Source: a virus. From it: a DNA stretch of 64,000 nt. The stretch lies in the IMG/VR virus record IMGVR_UViG_3300032242_001844, one strand, 5' to 3'. Below the pieces are notes generated by a model that did not search any database, was not told the origin of the DNA, and saw only the letters and a program-made list of their open reading frames with translations. The translations under genes and the position numbers were made by a program. Of this stretch, positions 36,977 through 48,845 are shown in pieces; position 1 is the first letter of the stretch; each line of letters starts with the position of its first letter.

Positions 36977-38487
36977 TTATTGATTATAAAACTTGTTCCA
37001 TGCTTTTTCAAAGTGTTCACTAGAGTATACTAATAATTCTTGTTTCATGATATTAGAAAAATGTGAGTTATCAGTTTTTATATCTATGACCTTGGCATTT
37101 CCAAACTCAACAGGGATTTTATTATAATAGTTGTCTAATTCAGAAATAAAATTTAAAGCAGTTTGGTATTTTTCATCATCACTGGTAAAATTTTGAGAAA
37201 CTTTAATAAGATATTTCCTGCACCAACTTGCCTTACGGTCAGCAATAATAAATGTAATATCCTGATCGTTTGGAAATTTTTGTCTAACCAAATTATAATT
37301 TAAACAATGCGTTAAAACTATTGGATACTGTTGATATGTTTTTTCAGGAACTAGATATTCTAATTCCTTATCTTTGTCATGATAGTAAGTTACGCCAAGT
37401 TTAGTATAATCTTTCTGTTCAACAAAATTACGGTAGCGGTGACCGCCGCTACCTGTGTAATATGCTATAATCATTAGAGTATTGAACCATCATGGTATAA
37501 ACGGTTAAACTCACGAATAGCATAATAATTAATACGCTTGCCAGTTTTGGTAGGAATTTTGCCGTCTGTGGCAATACCATATTGGCGACCACGCTCATAG
37601 CACCACTGCGCTGTGCCATGTGATGCAGTTTCCCACTTGTCATAATCAGGATCAAATGGACGACCAGCAAGTGCGTCTTGTACACCCTTGGTAAAAAAAC
37701 GATTGTGGATGATGGTGGAAATTTTGGTCTTGCGAGTGCTTACTTGCGCCATTTGATTTCTCCATTGCTTATATTACTAATATAACATGGATTTTATATC
37801 TGTCAAGGGTTATTTTTTAATAAAGACACAATTTTGTGCCATCACTTATATCCCAAGATCGCGTAGATGGCTTGCCTAATTTGTTATAGTTTTCACGACA
37901 TGCGCCGCTGCCTAGTTTTTGTCCACCGCTCCATAGGATATCTTCTAGTGTATAATCACGAATCCATGTGCGAGTATTGCTATAATATGTATAAACTAAT
38001 CTTCGCTTCTCTGCCTTGGTGCCATAAAAACGATAATACCAATCACGGTTGCCTATAAAAATATCAGTGTTGCCAAGGTTACTTTCTACTTTACATGAAT
38101 CATAATGTAAAACTTCGCCTACCCAATCGCAATCTTGTGCGTAGGCAATAGCAGTAGTTAATAAAATAACGAGTATTCCCAATACATAACGCACCCATTA
38201 TTTAATTAATTTCTGTTTTTTTTCATTAGACGAGTTATTTTTGCGTTGACATCTTCAGCAGATTTAGGAAAATTTTCTAAAGCAAGTGTCATTTTCTTGA
38301 CATCTTCTGCCGCTGGCTTGGGCAGTGTTATGAGCGGTTTAGCGGGTACATCGTTCTCATAATCATAGCCATCTTGGTCCCGTTGTTCGGCGGTAGCAAT
38401 CCAATGATCTAGTTCCCACATTGCTTCCGCAAGGTTCCATACCAACATGAACCCAAGCAGGGATAAAAGAAAGATTAACATCCACAT
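36977..38487 (-). CDS. Four hypothetical proteins (36977-37474, 37474-37752, 37817-38194 secreted, 38206-38487 membrane)
   Basis: ORF track; promoter and RBS context. Confidence 0.55.
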
Positions 38488-38648
38488 TCTTATATTTTAC
38501 CATAATTAGGCTATTTGTCAAGGGTTTTTTTAAACCAATATAATTAAAAATAATGCTTGACAAATCTCTAGGACATGGTATTTTAAGTCATGGGGCAATG
38601 TATGCCCCCTTTTGGGCAAGGTCTGCCCGCGACAACGAGGAGTTTACT

Positions 38649-39221
38649 ATGGAATATCGCAGTTATTATTTCGGATACGGAATGAACACCCACCCTGATC
38701 AAATGGCAAAGCGTTGCCCTGATGCTACCCTAGTAGGTGTTGCGTATCTGAACGACTATCGTCTTGTGTTTCGTAACCATGCCGATGTTGAGATTGATAC
38801 AGGCAGCATTGTCTGCGGCGTGTTATGGGAAGTCAGTGATAGCGATATGATTGCGCTTGACCGTCTTGAAGGTTTCCCAACTTATTACTTGCGTCAGCGT
38901 GTGTTGGTTCAAACTGAGACTGAAGCATATATTGCTTGGGTTTATAGCATGGCCGACCAAGACTATGAAATGACACCTAGCACATCGTACTATGATCTGT
39001 GCACCGAAGGCTACAAGCATCATGGTGTACCTACTGCACAGTTGGTAGAAGCTATGGAAGCAGCGCCTACGCAGAAATATGTTGACACAACCTATGATTA
39101 CAGGTATGACTACTTTAATGATCAATCATGGGAACGGTTTGATAATGGTCATATCGATGACAGGTATGATCGCTATGTGTCGCAACACTATGGTTTTTAT
39201 GACCGCAATTTGGAGAAGTAA
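38649..39221 (+). CDS. Gamma-glutamylcyclotransferase family protein
   Basis: YFGYGMN, GVLW, LDRLEG..YY; start refined after GAGGAG. Confidence 0.85.
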   Translation: MEYRSYYFGYGMNTHPDQMAKRCPDATLVGVAYLNDYRLVFRNHADVEIDTGSIVCGVLWEVSDSDMIALDRLEGFPTYYLRQRVLVQTETEAYIAWVYSMADQDYEMTPSTSYYDLCTEGYKHHGVPTAQLVEAMEAAPTQKYVDTTYDYRYDYFNDQSWERFDNGHIDDRYDRYVSQHYGFYDRNLEK

Positions 39222-39223
39222 GA

Positions 39224-40396
39224 ATGGCTAAGTCCGCACTCATGTTAAAGACAAAACCCAAGAAGACGGTTGTTCGTCAACCAAAGTTTATGGACGAAAA
39301 GTTTACTGGTCCTGAACCAGTGTGGATTAACGCCAGTAAGTGGACCCCTGCCCAATTGCGGCAGGAGATCACTCACGCATTGTACTTCTACAATTATTAT
39401 ATGAGTGCGGCTGATATGCGCAAGTATGTTGTAGACTTTGGTCAGCAACATCTTAATTGGGGCAAAGCAGAAATTGCTGCATTTGCTGAATGTGAAGATA
39501 GCCGTGTTGGTATCACTATTGGTAGTGTATCCAAGATGATCTTGCATGGTTGTCCAATGGCAATTGATGCTGAGTTCATCACTAACAAAATTTCTGAATT
39601 GTTGGCATATGGCAATGCTCGTCTTGCTGAAAAGAAGCAAGTAGTTGTTACTTCCGTTGTTAAACGCAATGTTCAAGATCACATGCGTGATAAGTTGGCC
39701 GATACTATTGGTGACTTAGAAGTTATGTTTGACGCAATGATGGAAGGTGCTGCTGATGTGCCTGACTTTATGGCTTACTTTCGTGAAGGAAATATGCCAC
39801 AGGCGTTTGTTGCTCGTATTCGTGAAAAGTATGCAGAGCAATATGCTGAGTTACTTGAAGGACAAGATAAGAAAGGCGATGCTTCATTGCGCGAAGCCTA
39901 CGCTTGGATGACCAAGCCAGTGTTCAAGCGTTATGATGCTTGGTATAAGGCTCTGTTTGATGCACTCACGACCTATGGCGTAGTCAAGGCTGCTGTTCGT
40001 AAGGTGCGCAAGGCTCGTCCACCAAGCAAGGAAAAGGTGGTCAAGAATGTCAAGTACATGAACGAGTTCAAGGAACTCAATCTTGTATCTGTCAATCCAA
40101 CCGATATCATTGGTGCTAGCGAATTGTGGGTATATAACACCAAGACACGCAAGATTGGCAAGTATGTGGCTGCTGTGAGCAGTGGTGTGTTGGGCATCAA
40201 AGGCAGCACTATTCTTGGCTTTGATGAAAAGTTGAGCGTGGCAAAGACACTGCGCAAGCCACAAGAACAGATGAAGGCATTTATGGGTGCGGGTAAAATC
40301 CAACTCCGTAAGTTCATGGATGGTATTCGTGCTACAGAAATTGCCTTGACAGGTCGGCTAAACGGTGATACAGTAATTCTTAAATCAATCAAGTAA
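39224..40396 (+). CDS. Conserved myophage hypothetical protein
   Basis: LWVYNTKTRK...KTLRKP...GRLNGDTVILK; strong RBS. Confidence 0.7.
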   Translation: MAKSALMLKTKPKKTVVRQPKFMDEKFTGPEPVWINASKWTPAQLRQEITHALYFYNYYMSAADMRKYVVDFGQQHLNWGKAEIAAFAECEDSRVGITIGSVSKMILHGCPMAIDAEFITNKISELLAYGNARLAEKKQVVVTSVVKRNVQDHMRDKLADTIGDLEVMFDAMMEGAADVPDFMAYFREGNMPQAFVARIREKYAEQYAELLEGQDKKGDASLREAYAWMTKPVFKRYDAWYKALFDALTTYGVVKAAVRKVRKARPPSKEKVVKNVKYMNEFKELNLVSVNPTDIIGASELWVYNTKTRKIGKYVAAVSSGVLGIKGSTILGFDEKLSVAKTLRKPQEQMKAFMGAGKIQLRKFMDGIRATEIALTGRLNGDTVILKSIK

Positions 40397-40404
40397 GGTG
40401 ATTT

Positions 40405-41364
40405 ATGAAATACAACGGCGGATATCTGCATAAGCATGTGCGTTGGGTAAAATTGGATAAGCGTAATAGATTATATTCACGATATAGTCATCGCATATCT
40501 GCTCGTGATATGGGACAGATTCATAAATTACACGGATACTTTACCAGCAATTATGATTCATATACTTCAAGTTGGTGGGGTGATAATGCGCCACAGATTT
40601 ATAGGCAGTGTGAAACAATGTTTCATCATAATTTTTACTTGAATGAAGAAGACTTGGTGAAACTTATCATAGGATATGTAGAATGACAAATTACAATCAC
40701 TTTCGTATTATCAACGATATGACAGGTCTTGCTAATAAAATTGGCTTTGAAATTAGACCAAATCGTGGTGCGTTCAGTTCTTATGCATATGAACAGAATA
40801 ACGGTACGGATTTTGCACTTGCTGTCCCAGCAGATGATGGCACTGCATTGCCAATCTATGCTCGTGGTGTAGAGATATACAGCGGCAGCGCAGAAGATTG
40901 CATCCACTTTATGCATGGTTGGATGAAGCATCGTGAGTATATGAATGTTCTTGGCTTCAAGGATAAGACCGTTGCTGACCGTGAAGAAAAATTGGTAAGC
41001 AAGCGTAAGATGGATCGCATGACAAAGGCTATTGTAGATGGAAAAGATCCAGGCGCAGACCACTGGCACGATGAAGTTGAACAGGATGTCCCCTTCTAAA
41101 CCTATCACCGTGTTTCGCACTGGTTTTCATCGTTCACATACACAAGACAGAAAACAAGAATTAGAAGATGTAAAAGGTGAAGCTAATTTACGATGGTACG
41201 ATCATGGTGAAAATTATCGTTGGGTATGGGAGAACGCTATTAAAGACAGTGTAATTTTCCATGCCCATTACGATATTGCATCACTTGAATATCGTGTTGC
41301 CGTAACCGCACAATTTGAACCAGAAGACTTGACATACTATCTTATGCGATTTGAAGCAGCATAA
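40405..41364 (+). CDS. Three small hypothetical proteins (40405-40686, 40683-41099, ca.41086-41364)
   Basis: Coupled ORFs. Confidence 0.6.
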
Positions 41365-41369
41365 ATTAA

Positions 41370-43259
41370 CTACCACTGACCGCTGCCTGTCCAATTATGT
41401 GTAAAACTGCAATCATGCCAATTTTTATCTAGCGTACTATCATGGTTAATGTGTCTAAAGTTATAATTGAAATTTCCAGACCAATTGCCGCTTTCATCAA
41501 TTGAAAAGTTGTGAGCGGCAGTATAGTCACATCCTAATCTATCGCCAAATTCTCTGATATCAACTTCTGGATCAAACTTAACTGATATCTTATATGCTCC
41601 TACCGCCTTCCACAACTGGCGTAACATTGGCCATATCTCGTTCATGAGACTGTTGGCAAAGTCTCCTAAATCAGTTTTAATAATATCATAGTCAAAAGTT
41701 TCACGGTCGATAGTATCAGTTATTTTTGTAGCATCATATTTTATTCTGTACGATTTTTTAAGGTTTGGTCTTTCAAATCCATAAATGTATGACTTGCTGT
41801 TCAACTGTTCTAAGAATATGTTAAAAGTTTTTTGTCGAATTAATCTGTGCACCTTGGTATTCTTTAAATCATTTGTTGTCCACATGTTTAAGAAATTTTT
41901 AGGAGCAATATCAAATTTAGCAGGATCAATGCTTATATCACTGCCTGGACTTAGCATCAAACTTAAGCCTGGACTTATTGCCAATATACCATAATTTCTT
42001 ATTCGCCATACTAGTGTTAGTGTATCAGCAAATGCTTGATGATCCTCATTTGGAAATCCAATAATCCAATTTGTGTGTGCTTGTATATCAACTTCCTTGC
42101 CGCTTTTAAGGTTCTGTTCAATTTCATCTAGCGTAATTTCTTTTTTCATGGCATCTAGCACTTTTTGACTGCCACTTTCAATGCCATAACTTAGCTGTTT
42201 ACATCCACTTGCCGCAAGGTCTTTATAATAGTCTAAATCCATTCTGCCATCGCAGCGAGCATAACCTTGCCACTTGATATCAAGGTTTCGTTCTTTAATT
42301 CCTAAACAAAATCCACGCAGTTCTTTTAAGTTACCATTGACTAGGCTATCGATAAACCAAACAAAGTTTCCACCATAGTGTTTGTTTTGGTATTCAATTT
42401 CATCAATTAAACTGCCAGACATTCTTCCACGATATTTCCAAAAATGAACTTCTGTACAGAACACACATTTTGCGATACATCCTCTGCTTATTTCTGCAGA
42501 TATGCCGCCTGGTGTATCGTATTCACTTAAATCATAATCACTATAATCTGGAAACGGCATACTGTCTAAATCTAGACGAAGTTTAGGGTCTTTTTTTAAA
42601 AATTTTTCTGTAATAGCAACACCAGATTCAACTTTTTCTAAAATGTCTAAAAGAACTTGTTCACCTTCGCCTTCAATAATATGGTCATATAGTGGTTTAC
42701 TATATGCTTGCATCGAAGATGCTTGTGGACCGCCTACTATTATCTTACAATTTGGCAACACCCATCGTATTTGGTTAGCCATCCAGTTGGTTGCTTGCTC
42801 ATTTGTATAGTACATACTAAACCCAACTACATCTGGGTTATCAGCAACAATAGATTTTAATTTTCTCTTATACAGTGATTCTAACTGAGGATGTAACTCT
42901 TTGATATACCATTTTCCTGTCCACATCCATTCACGGCTAGCATCCCATGGATCAAAATCTAATTTATTTTTTATACCATGATATGCTTTTATGTTTATAT
43001 CATATACCTTAGTAGCAAATCCTGCTGCTCTTGCCATTGCACTTAGTCTACTTAAGTTATATGGCGGAAAAAAAACTCCCCACTCTGGCATTAATACGAG
43101 TGCTAGTTTTGTATTCCTTGTTGCGCTGTTGATGATAACTGGTGTTAGGTTTTTTTGTGGAGTAGCACGAGCAAAGTTTGCCATGGTCTTTGCCATTGCC
43201 CAGTCTTTGCCTAATCCAAAAGGAACTGCGGCAGCATTTTCTTCATATTCATCAGTCAT
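41370..43259 (-). CDS. B12-binding radical SAM protein (class B methyltransferase-like)
   Basis: VGFS, IVGGP, GEGE, SRGCIAKCVFC, GIESGSQKVL. Confidence 0.9.
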   Translation of the reverse strand: MTDEYEENAAAVPFGLGKDWAMAKTMANFARATPQKNLTPVIINSATRNTKLALVLMPEWGVFFPPYNLSRLSAMARAAGFATKVYDINIKAYHGIKNKLDFDPWDASREWMWTGKWYIKELHPQLESLYKRKLKSIVADNPDVVGFSMYYTNEQATNWMANQIRWVLPNCKIIVGGPQASSMQAYSKPLYDHIIEGEGEQVLLDILEKVESGVAITEKFLKKDPKLRLDLDSMPFPDYSDYDLSEYDTPGGISAEISRGCIAKCVFCTEVHFWKYRGRMSGSLIDEIEYQNKHYGGNFVWFIDSLVNGNLKELRGFCLGIKERNLDIKWQGYARCDGRMDLDYYKDLAASGCKQLSYGIESGSQKVLDAMKKEITLDEIEQNLKSGKEVDIQAHTNWIIGFPNEDHQAFADTLTLVWRIRNYGILAISPGLSLMLSPGSDISIDPAKFDIAPKNFLNMWTTNDLKNTKVHRLIRQKTFNIFLEQLNSKSYIYGFERPNLKKSYRIKYDATKITDTIDRETFDYDIIKTDLGDFANSLMNEIWPMLRQLWKAVGAYKISVKFDPEVDIREFGDRLGCDYTAAHNFSIDESGNWSGNFNYNFRHINHDSTLDKNWHDCSFTHNWTGSGQW

Positions 43260-43312
43260 TTTAGATATTTACCGCAACAAAATTCAGCCTAGTTATTTTA
43301 ATAAATATTTCC

Positions 43313-44065
43313 ATGGCAACTTTACAAGAATTAAAATCAGAAGTATTTGACTATGTTCGTTTCAGCCTTGGTGATGGTATGGTTGATGTTGAACTTGATC
43401 CTATTCATTTTGAAACTGCAATCAAAAACTCTATCATTCGTTATCGTCAACGCAGTGCTAACAGCGTTGAAGAGAGTTATAGTTTTTTAAATCTAATTGA
43501 AGATACTAATACCTATACGCTTCCTAGTGAAGTTATAAGTGTGAGAAATGTATTCAAGCGTAATATTGGCGCTAATAGTGGTACAAGTTCACAGTATGAA
43601 CCATTTGAAGCAGGGTTTGTTAACTTCTATATGATTCAAAGTGGTCGTGTTGGTGGTTTATCAACATATTATATGTATAGTTCGTTTTTGAAAGAAGCTG
43701 CTAAACTTTTTGGCGGGTTTGTAAATTATAAATTTAATACTGTTACCAAAGAACTTACTATAATGCGTCGTCCTCGTGCACAATCAGAAACTATCTTGCT
43801 ATGGACAGAGAATTACAAACCAGATGTGACGCTGCTAACTGATATCTATAGTCAACCTTGGATAAGGGATTACACACTAGCTCGTTGTATGATGATGCTA
43901 GGTGAAGCCCGTAGCAAATTCTCAACACTGCCTGGTCCACAGGGCGGCGGTAGCCTAAACGGTACTGATCTTCTTACCCGTGGACAAGCATTGCAAGATA
44001 GGTTAGAACTTGAAATTACTAATTACATGACTGGTGAAATGCCTATGTGGTGGGTACAAGGATAA
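43313..44065 (+). CDS. Neck protein (T4 gp13-like)
   Basis: LGDGMVDVEL, WIRDY..A...LGEARSKF..LPGPQGG.SLNG. Confidence 0.8.
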   Translation: MATLQELKSEVFDYVRFSLGDGMVDVELDPIHFETAIKNSIIRYRQRSANSVEESYSFLNLIEDTNTYTLPSEVISVRNVFKRNIGANSGTSSQYEPFEAGFVNFYMIQSGRVGGLSTYYMYSSFLKEAAKLFGGFVNYKFNTVTKELTIMRRPRAQSETILLWTENYKPDVTLLTDIYSQPWIRDYTLARCMMMLGEARSKFSTLPGPQGGGSLNGTDLLTRGQALQDRLELEITNYMTGEMPMWWVQG

Positions 44066-44101
44066 TTTGACATCCACATAATTCTTTGATAAAGTAAAAC
44101 C

Positions 44102-44713
44102 ATGAAGATAATTGGTGTATGCGGTCTTATCGGTGGTGGCAAAGGAACCGTTGCGGATATCCTTGTAGGTAATCACAACTTTGAGAAAGTAAGTTTTGCT
44201 GATCCTCTCAAGGATATGATATCAAAAGTATTCAACTGGCCTCGTCATCTGCTTGAAGGCGATACTAAAGAATCTCGTGACTGGCGTGAACAGCGTGACG
44301 AATGGTGGTCAGAACGATTGAATATGCCTAACTTAACGCCTCGTTGGATTTTACAATATTGGGGAACTGATGTTTGCCGTATTAATTTTCATGAAGATAT
44401 TTGGATTGCAAGTTTAGAAAATAAACTTTCTAAAATTATCAACAGCGGTTCCGCTCATCTCACAAATAATATTGTTATACCAGATACTCGTTTTCCTAAT
44501 GAAATTAATATGATTCGTAAACTTGGTGGCGAAGTTTGGGCAGTTCGTCGTGGTGAAGACCCTGATTGGATGATAAATCTTATTCAACATGGTGAAGAAC
44601 CAAATGATATTCATCCCAGTGAGTGGTCATGGGTCACATCAAACATGGACCATCTTATTAGTAATGATGGCACAATTGAAGATTTAGAACAAAAAGTTAA
44701 AAATTTATTATAA
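44102..44713 (+). CDS. Deoxynucleoside monophosphate kinase (T4 gp1-like)
   Basis: GLIGGGKGT, SFADPLK, PR..LQ.WGT, DTRFPNE, HPSE. Confidence 0.9.
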   Translation: MKIIGVCGLIGGGKGTVADILVGNHNFEKVSFADPLKDMISKVFNWPRHLLEGDTKESRDWREQRDEWWSERLNMPNLTPRWILQYWGTDVCRINFHEDIWIASLENKLSKIINSGSAHLTNNIVIPDTRFPNEINMIRKLGGEVWAVRRGEDPDWMINLIQHGEEPNDIHPSEWSWVTSNMDHLISNDGTIEDLEQKVKNLL

Positions 44714-44794
44714 TATACGCATATAACTGTTTATAAGTGGTCTATTTCTAGTTGATTCGCTAAATATTATCAACACCTTAAAGGAATATACCAC

Positions 44795-47700
44795 ATGGCA
44801 ACTTTAGTATCACCCGGAGTATCAGTTACGGTTCTTGATGAAAGCAATTATGCTTCAGCAGGACCAGGAACAATACCATTTATCTTACTTGCAACCGCCG
44901 CGAACAAGAAAGGTTCTGCTGGTGGCATTGCATCCAATACGACTGCAGCAACTGCTGGTATTCCAAAATTAATGTCTAGTCAAAAAGATTTGCTAAACAC
45001 ATTTGGTACACCAATTTTCCCAACAGATGCAAGCGGTAATCGTCTATATGGCAGTGAAACTGCTGAATATGGACTAATGGCTGCTCATAGCGTCCTTGGT
45101 ATTTCTAACCAAGCATGGGTTCTTCGTGCAAATATTGATCTAGCGCAGCTTAATGGTAGCGCAACTCGTCCATACGGAAATCCTGTTAGCGGAACCCAGT
45201 GGCTTAATACTGCTTCTACAAGCTGGGGTATTTTTGAATGGGACGCAGTAAATCAACAGTTTGTTGCAATAACTCCTTATGTATTGACAGATACAACTAA
45301 TTTAACTTCAGGTGCTCCATCAAGTAGCTTTGGCGCAGTTGGACAATATGCGGTTGTTTCTTACTACTCAAACAATCCAATTTATGTAAAGGCATATGAT
45401 AATACTTGGAACCTTCTGGGTTCAAATGGCGTTGGATCAAATCTACAATGGCAGTCAAAAACTCCAACCCTTGTTGGAACAATTACTCCTACTACAATGT
45501 CAAGCGGCGACACTCTTTCTATTAATGGAACAACTATTACGCTAACTGGTACTACCGCTAGCAGTCTAGTGACACAGATTAACACGGCAGCCCTTCCTGG
45601 TGTTACTGCAGCAATTCTTCCAACTGGTTATTTTGCTATCTTTGTGACGAGTGCTGCAAAGAGCAATGGTTCAGTCATTGACGGCAAGATTGCTATTGCA
45701 AACGCTGGTGTAGGTACTCCTCTTTCAAATCTTGGTTTGACCGCAGGTACATATTATAGTGTTTCTCTTCAATATAACCCTCACTATAATGTTCCAACTT
45801 GGAAGTCAACTGATTCAACTCCTGCACAATCTGGCAGTGTATGGATCAAAACTACTAATGTAAATGGCGGAGCAAATACCTTTGTATATCGTTGGAATGG
45901 CACAACTAATCATTGGGATTTGATTCCAGCACCAGAATTTCAAAGTCGTAGATTGGCAATTTATGGAAATGATCCTATAACTGGCGGCTTAGGAATTGGT
46001 ACAAATACCCTATTCATGAAATATGATATTAGTGCAAACAATACTGCTACTAGCAAGTTATTACAGTGGCAAGGTTCTGGTCTCCCATTGACTGCAACTG
46101 GTTCAGTGACAAATCCAACTTTTGCTAGTGGTAATCAATTTACTATCCAAGTAACAGTTCCTGGTTCAAGTTCATTAAGTGCGGTGTTTACTGTAACATT
46201 ATCTGGCACAAGTGCTGCAAGTTTTGTTCAAAATGTTCAATCACTGAACATTCCATATCTATCTTGCTCACTAAATTCATCTGGCTATATTCAGTTTAGC
46301 CATCTTACTGCTGGCGATATTATTCTTGCTCCAGTATCTGGACAAGGAACACCACTTACTGCTGCTGGTTTCTCAATATCATTACCAAATGTTTTTGATG
46401 ATGCTGGCACTGGTACATTGACTGCAAGTTATTGGCAACCAGCAGTTCTTCTAGTACAACAGGCATCTGCTCCTGTAGTTGATCCCGCAGATGGCACTCT
46501 ATGGTACAATTCATCGGCACTTGAAGTTGATATTATGATCAGCAATGGAACTATCTGGAAAGGTTATAAGAATGTAACCAGCGATAGCCGTGGTTTTCCA
46601 CTTAATACAACTGATCCACTAGGACCAATGATTTCAGCATCTGCACCAACTGTTCATACAGATGGTACTGCTCTTGTAAAGGGCGATATTTGGTTAGATT
46701 CAGGCGATCTTGAACACTATCCTTCACTATATCGTTGGCAAGCGGTTGGTAGCAATAATATTCTTCAATGGGTAGCCATCGATAACACAGATAATACTTC
46801 TGAAAATGGTATTATTTTTGGTGACGCTCGTTGGGATACTAATGGGACAGTAGACCCTGCATTGGGCGCAAAACCAACTATTGTAAGTCTATTAACAAGT
46901 GATTATGTTGATTTAGATGCACCGAACCCACAACTATATCCTCGTGGTATGCTTCTATTCAATACTCGTCGTAGCAGCTACAATGTAAAGTCATTCTTGT
47001 CAGGTGCGTTCACTGGTGCAACTTATCCTATTGCAACTCTTCCCGCACAACCTGCAACTTGGGTATCTTATAGTGGAAAAGATGCAAACAATGTTCCTTA
47101 CTTTGGTCGTAAGGCACAGCGTAATGTTGTAGTAAGTGCACTGTCATCTGCTGTAGATAATAGCACTATACTTCGCGAAGATCAGGTAAACTTTAACATA
47201 CTAGTATGTCCTGGTTATCCTGAGCTTACAGACAATCTTGTTACCTTAAACAATGACCGTCGTAACACTGGATTTATTATTGCAGATTCACCAATGGGTC
47301 TACCGAGTGATTTAACTAGTGTTAACAATTATATTACTAATACTGCTGGCGCTGCAGTAGACGGCGAATCTGGACTGGTTACTGCTGATTCTTACACTGC
47401 TGTATTCTATCCAGGCGCTGCATTTACTAATTCACTAGATGGGATTGGTCAAGTAGTTGTTCCTATCACTCATGCAATTCTACGCATGATGGTTAAGAGT
47501 GATCAAAGTAGTGCTCCATGGTTTGCACCTGCTGGTTCACTTCGTGGTAAAATTGACAATGTTGCGAAGATTGGTTATGTTGATCGCACAACAGGAAAGT
47601 TCTATAGCATTGGCACAAACCAAGGCTTGCGTGACCTTCTGTATTCAAATAATGTTAACCCAGTGGCGGTATTCCCGAATGATGGCATCATCAACTACGG

Positions 47701-48106
47701 AAACCACACTCGCCAAGGAACTGCAACAGCATTAGATCGTATCAATGTTGCTCGTTTGATTAACTATGTTCGTGGTAGACTAGAAAGAATAGTAAAACCA
47801 CTTATATTCCAACCAAACGATACAGTTACTCGTAACCAAGCAACTCAGATTGTTAGTGGAATGTTGAATAATATCATGGCTCAGCGTGGTCTATACGACT
47901 ATCTGGTAGTTTGTGATACTACAAATAATACACCAACCACAATTGATCAAAATGAACTGCACATTGATATTGCAATTGAGCCTACAAAGGCAGTTGAATT
48001 TATCTATGTTCCAGTTCGTATCTTGAACACTGGTGCTATATCTGGCAGCAACGCTAACCAAGGCGGTATTTCTAATCCTACAAACGCAGTTAGGTTAACT
48101 GCTTAA
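44795..48106 (+). CDS. Tail sheath protein (T4 gp18-like)
   Basis: LVSPGVSV, PWFAPAG..RG, RINVARL, FQPND, PTKAVEFI. Confidence 0.95.
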   Translation: MATLVSPGVSVTVLDESNYASAGPGTIPFILLATAANKKGSAGGIASNTTAATAGIPKLMSSQKDLLNTFGTPIFPTDASGNRLYGSETAEYGLMAAHSVLGISNQAWVLRANIDLAQLNGSATRPYGNPVSGTQWLNTASTSWGIFEWDAVNQQFVAITPYVLTDTTNLTSGAPSSSFGAVGQYAVVSYYSNNPIYVKAYDNTWNLLGSNGVGSNLQWQSKTPTLVGTITPTTMSSGDTLSINGTTITLTGTTASSLVTQINTAALPGVTAAILPTGYFAIFVTSAAKSNGSVIDGKIAIANAGVGTPLSNLGLTAGTYYSVSLQYNPHYNVPTWKSTDSTPAQSGSVWIKTTNVNGGANTFVYRWNGTTNHWDLIPAPEFQSRRLAIYGNDPITGGLGIGTNTLFMKYDISANNTATSKLLQWQGSGLPLTATGSVTNPTFASGNQFTIQVTVPGSSSLSAVFTVTLSGTSAASFVQNVQSLNIPYLSCSLNSSGYIQFSHLTAGDIILAPVSGQGTPLTAAGFSISLPNVFDDAGTGTLTASYWQPAVLLVQQASAPVVDPADGTLWYNSSALEVDIMISNGTIWKGYKNVTSDSRGFPLNTTDPLGPMISASAPTVHTDGTALVKGDIWLDSGDLEHYPSLYRWQAVGSNNILQWVAIDNTDNTSENGIIFGDARWDTNGTVDPALGAKPTIVSLLTSDYVDLDAPNPQLYPRGMLLFNTRRSSYNVKSFLSGAFTGATYPIATLPAQPATWVSYSGKDANNVPYFGRKAQRNVVVSALSSAVDNSTILREDQVNFNILVCPGYPELTDNLVTLNNDRRNTGFIIADSPMGLPSDLTSVNNYITNTAGAAVDGESGLVTADSYTAVFYPGAAFTNSLDGIGQVVVPITHAILRMMVKSDQSSAPWFAPAGSLRGKIDNVAKIGYVDRTTGKFYSIGTNQGLRDLLYSNNVNPVAVFPNDGIINYGNHTRQGTATALDRINVARLINYVRGRLERIVKPLIFQPNDTVTRNQATQIVSGMLNNIMAQRGLYDYLVVCDTTNNTPTTIDQNELHIDIAIEPTKAVEFIYVPVRILNTGAISGSNANQGGISNPTNAVRLTA

Positions 48107-48125
48107 TAATACAATATACAATAAT

Positions 48126-48155
48126 AAAAAGCCGCTAGCAATAGCGGCTTTTTTT
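48126..48155 (+). terminator. Intrinsic terminator after the sheath gene
   Basis: GCCGCTA-GCAA-TAGCGGC-T7. Confidence 0.9.
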
Positions 48156-48210
48156 ATATGTGGTAAATTTTTTTTTACAAATGGTATAAATACTTTTATA
48201 GGAGAATCAG

Positions 48211-48834
48211 ATGGCAGTTGCATCATTACTCAACATGACAATACCCGTAGCCTCAAGTAGTGATCAGAGCACGGGAAGTCAGGGCTTGTTAATGCCCCTG
48301 TTGAAGTATCGTTTTAGAGTTACATTCCTAAATTTTGGAATTACTAACCCTACTACGGAACTTACTAAACAGGTTATGAATTTTACAAGACCTAATTTAA
48401 ATTTTAACCCGATCACTATTGATTTGTATAACAGCAAGATGTATCTACAGGGCAAACCAGAATGGCAAACAGTTACTGTCGAATTGCGCGATGATGCAAA
48501 CGGCAATGTTAGACTGCTTGTTGGCGAGCAAATTCAAAAGCAGTTTGACTTTGCTGAACAAAGCAGTGCAGTTAGCGGTATTGATTATAAGTTCATTACT
48601 CAGTTTGAAGCACTGGATGGAGGAAATGGTAACACAAATCCAACTACCCTTGAAACATGGCAGTTATATGGTTGCTTTATTCAAGAAGTTAATTACAATA
48701 ACTTTGATTATACAAGTAACGATCCAGCAACTATTAGTATGACACTGCGTTATGACAATGCATTAGAAATTCCAACATCTCGTGGTGTAGGAATTACTGT
48801 TCCTCGCACATTTGGACATAGCGTAACTGGCTAA
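48211..48834 (+). CDS. Tail tube protein (T4 gp19-like)
   Basis: YRFRV, GKPEW..V...D, W.LYGCF, LRYD; TATAAATA upstream. Confidence 0.85.
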   Translation: MAVASLLNMTIPVASSSDQSTGSQGLLMPLLKYRFRVTFLNFGITNPTTELTKQVMNFTRPNLNFNPITIDLYNSKMYLQGKPEWQTVTVELRDDANGNVRLLVGEQIQKQFDFAEQSSAVSGIDYKFITQFEALDGGNGNTNPTTLETWQLYGCFIQEVNYNNFDYTSNDPATISMTLRYDNALEIPTSRGVGITVPRTFGHSVTG

Positions 48835-48845
48835 AGGTATGAGCC

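Noticed and set aside
39245-40437. Multiple antisense ORFs here and opposite other long genes
   Set aside because: They are shadows of codon bias on the coding strand, with no RBS or recognisable motifs.
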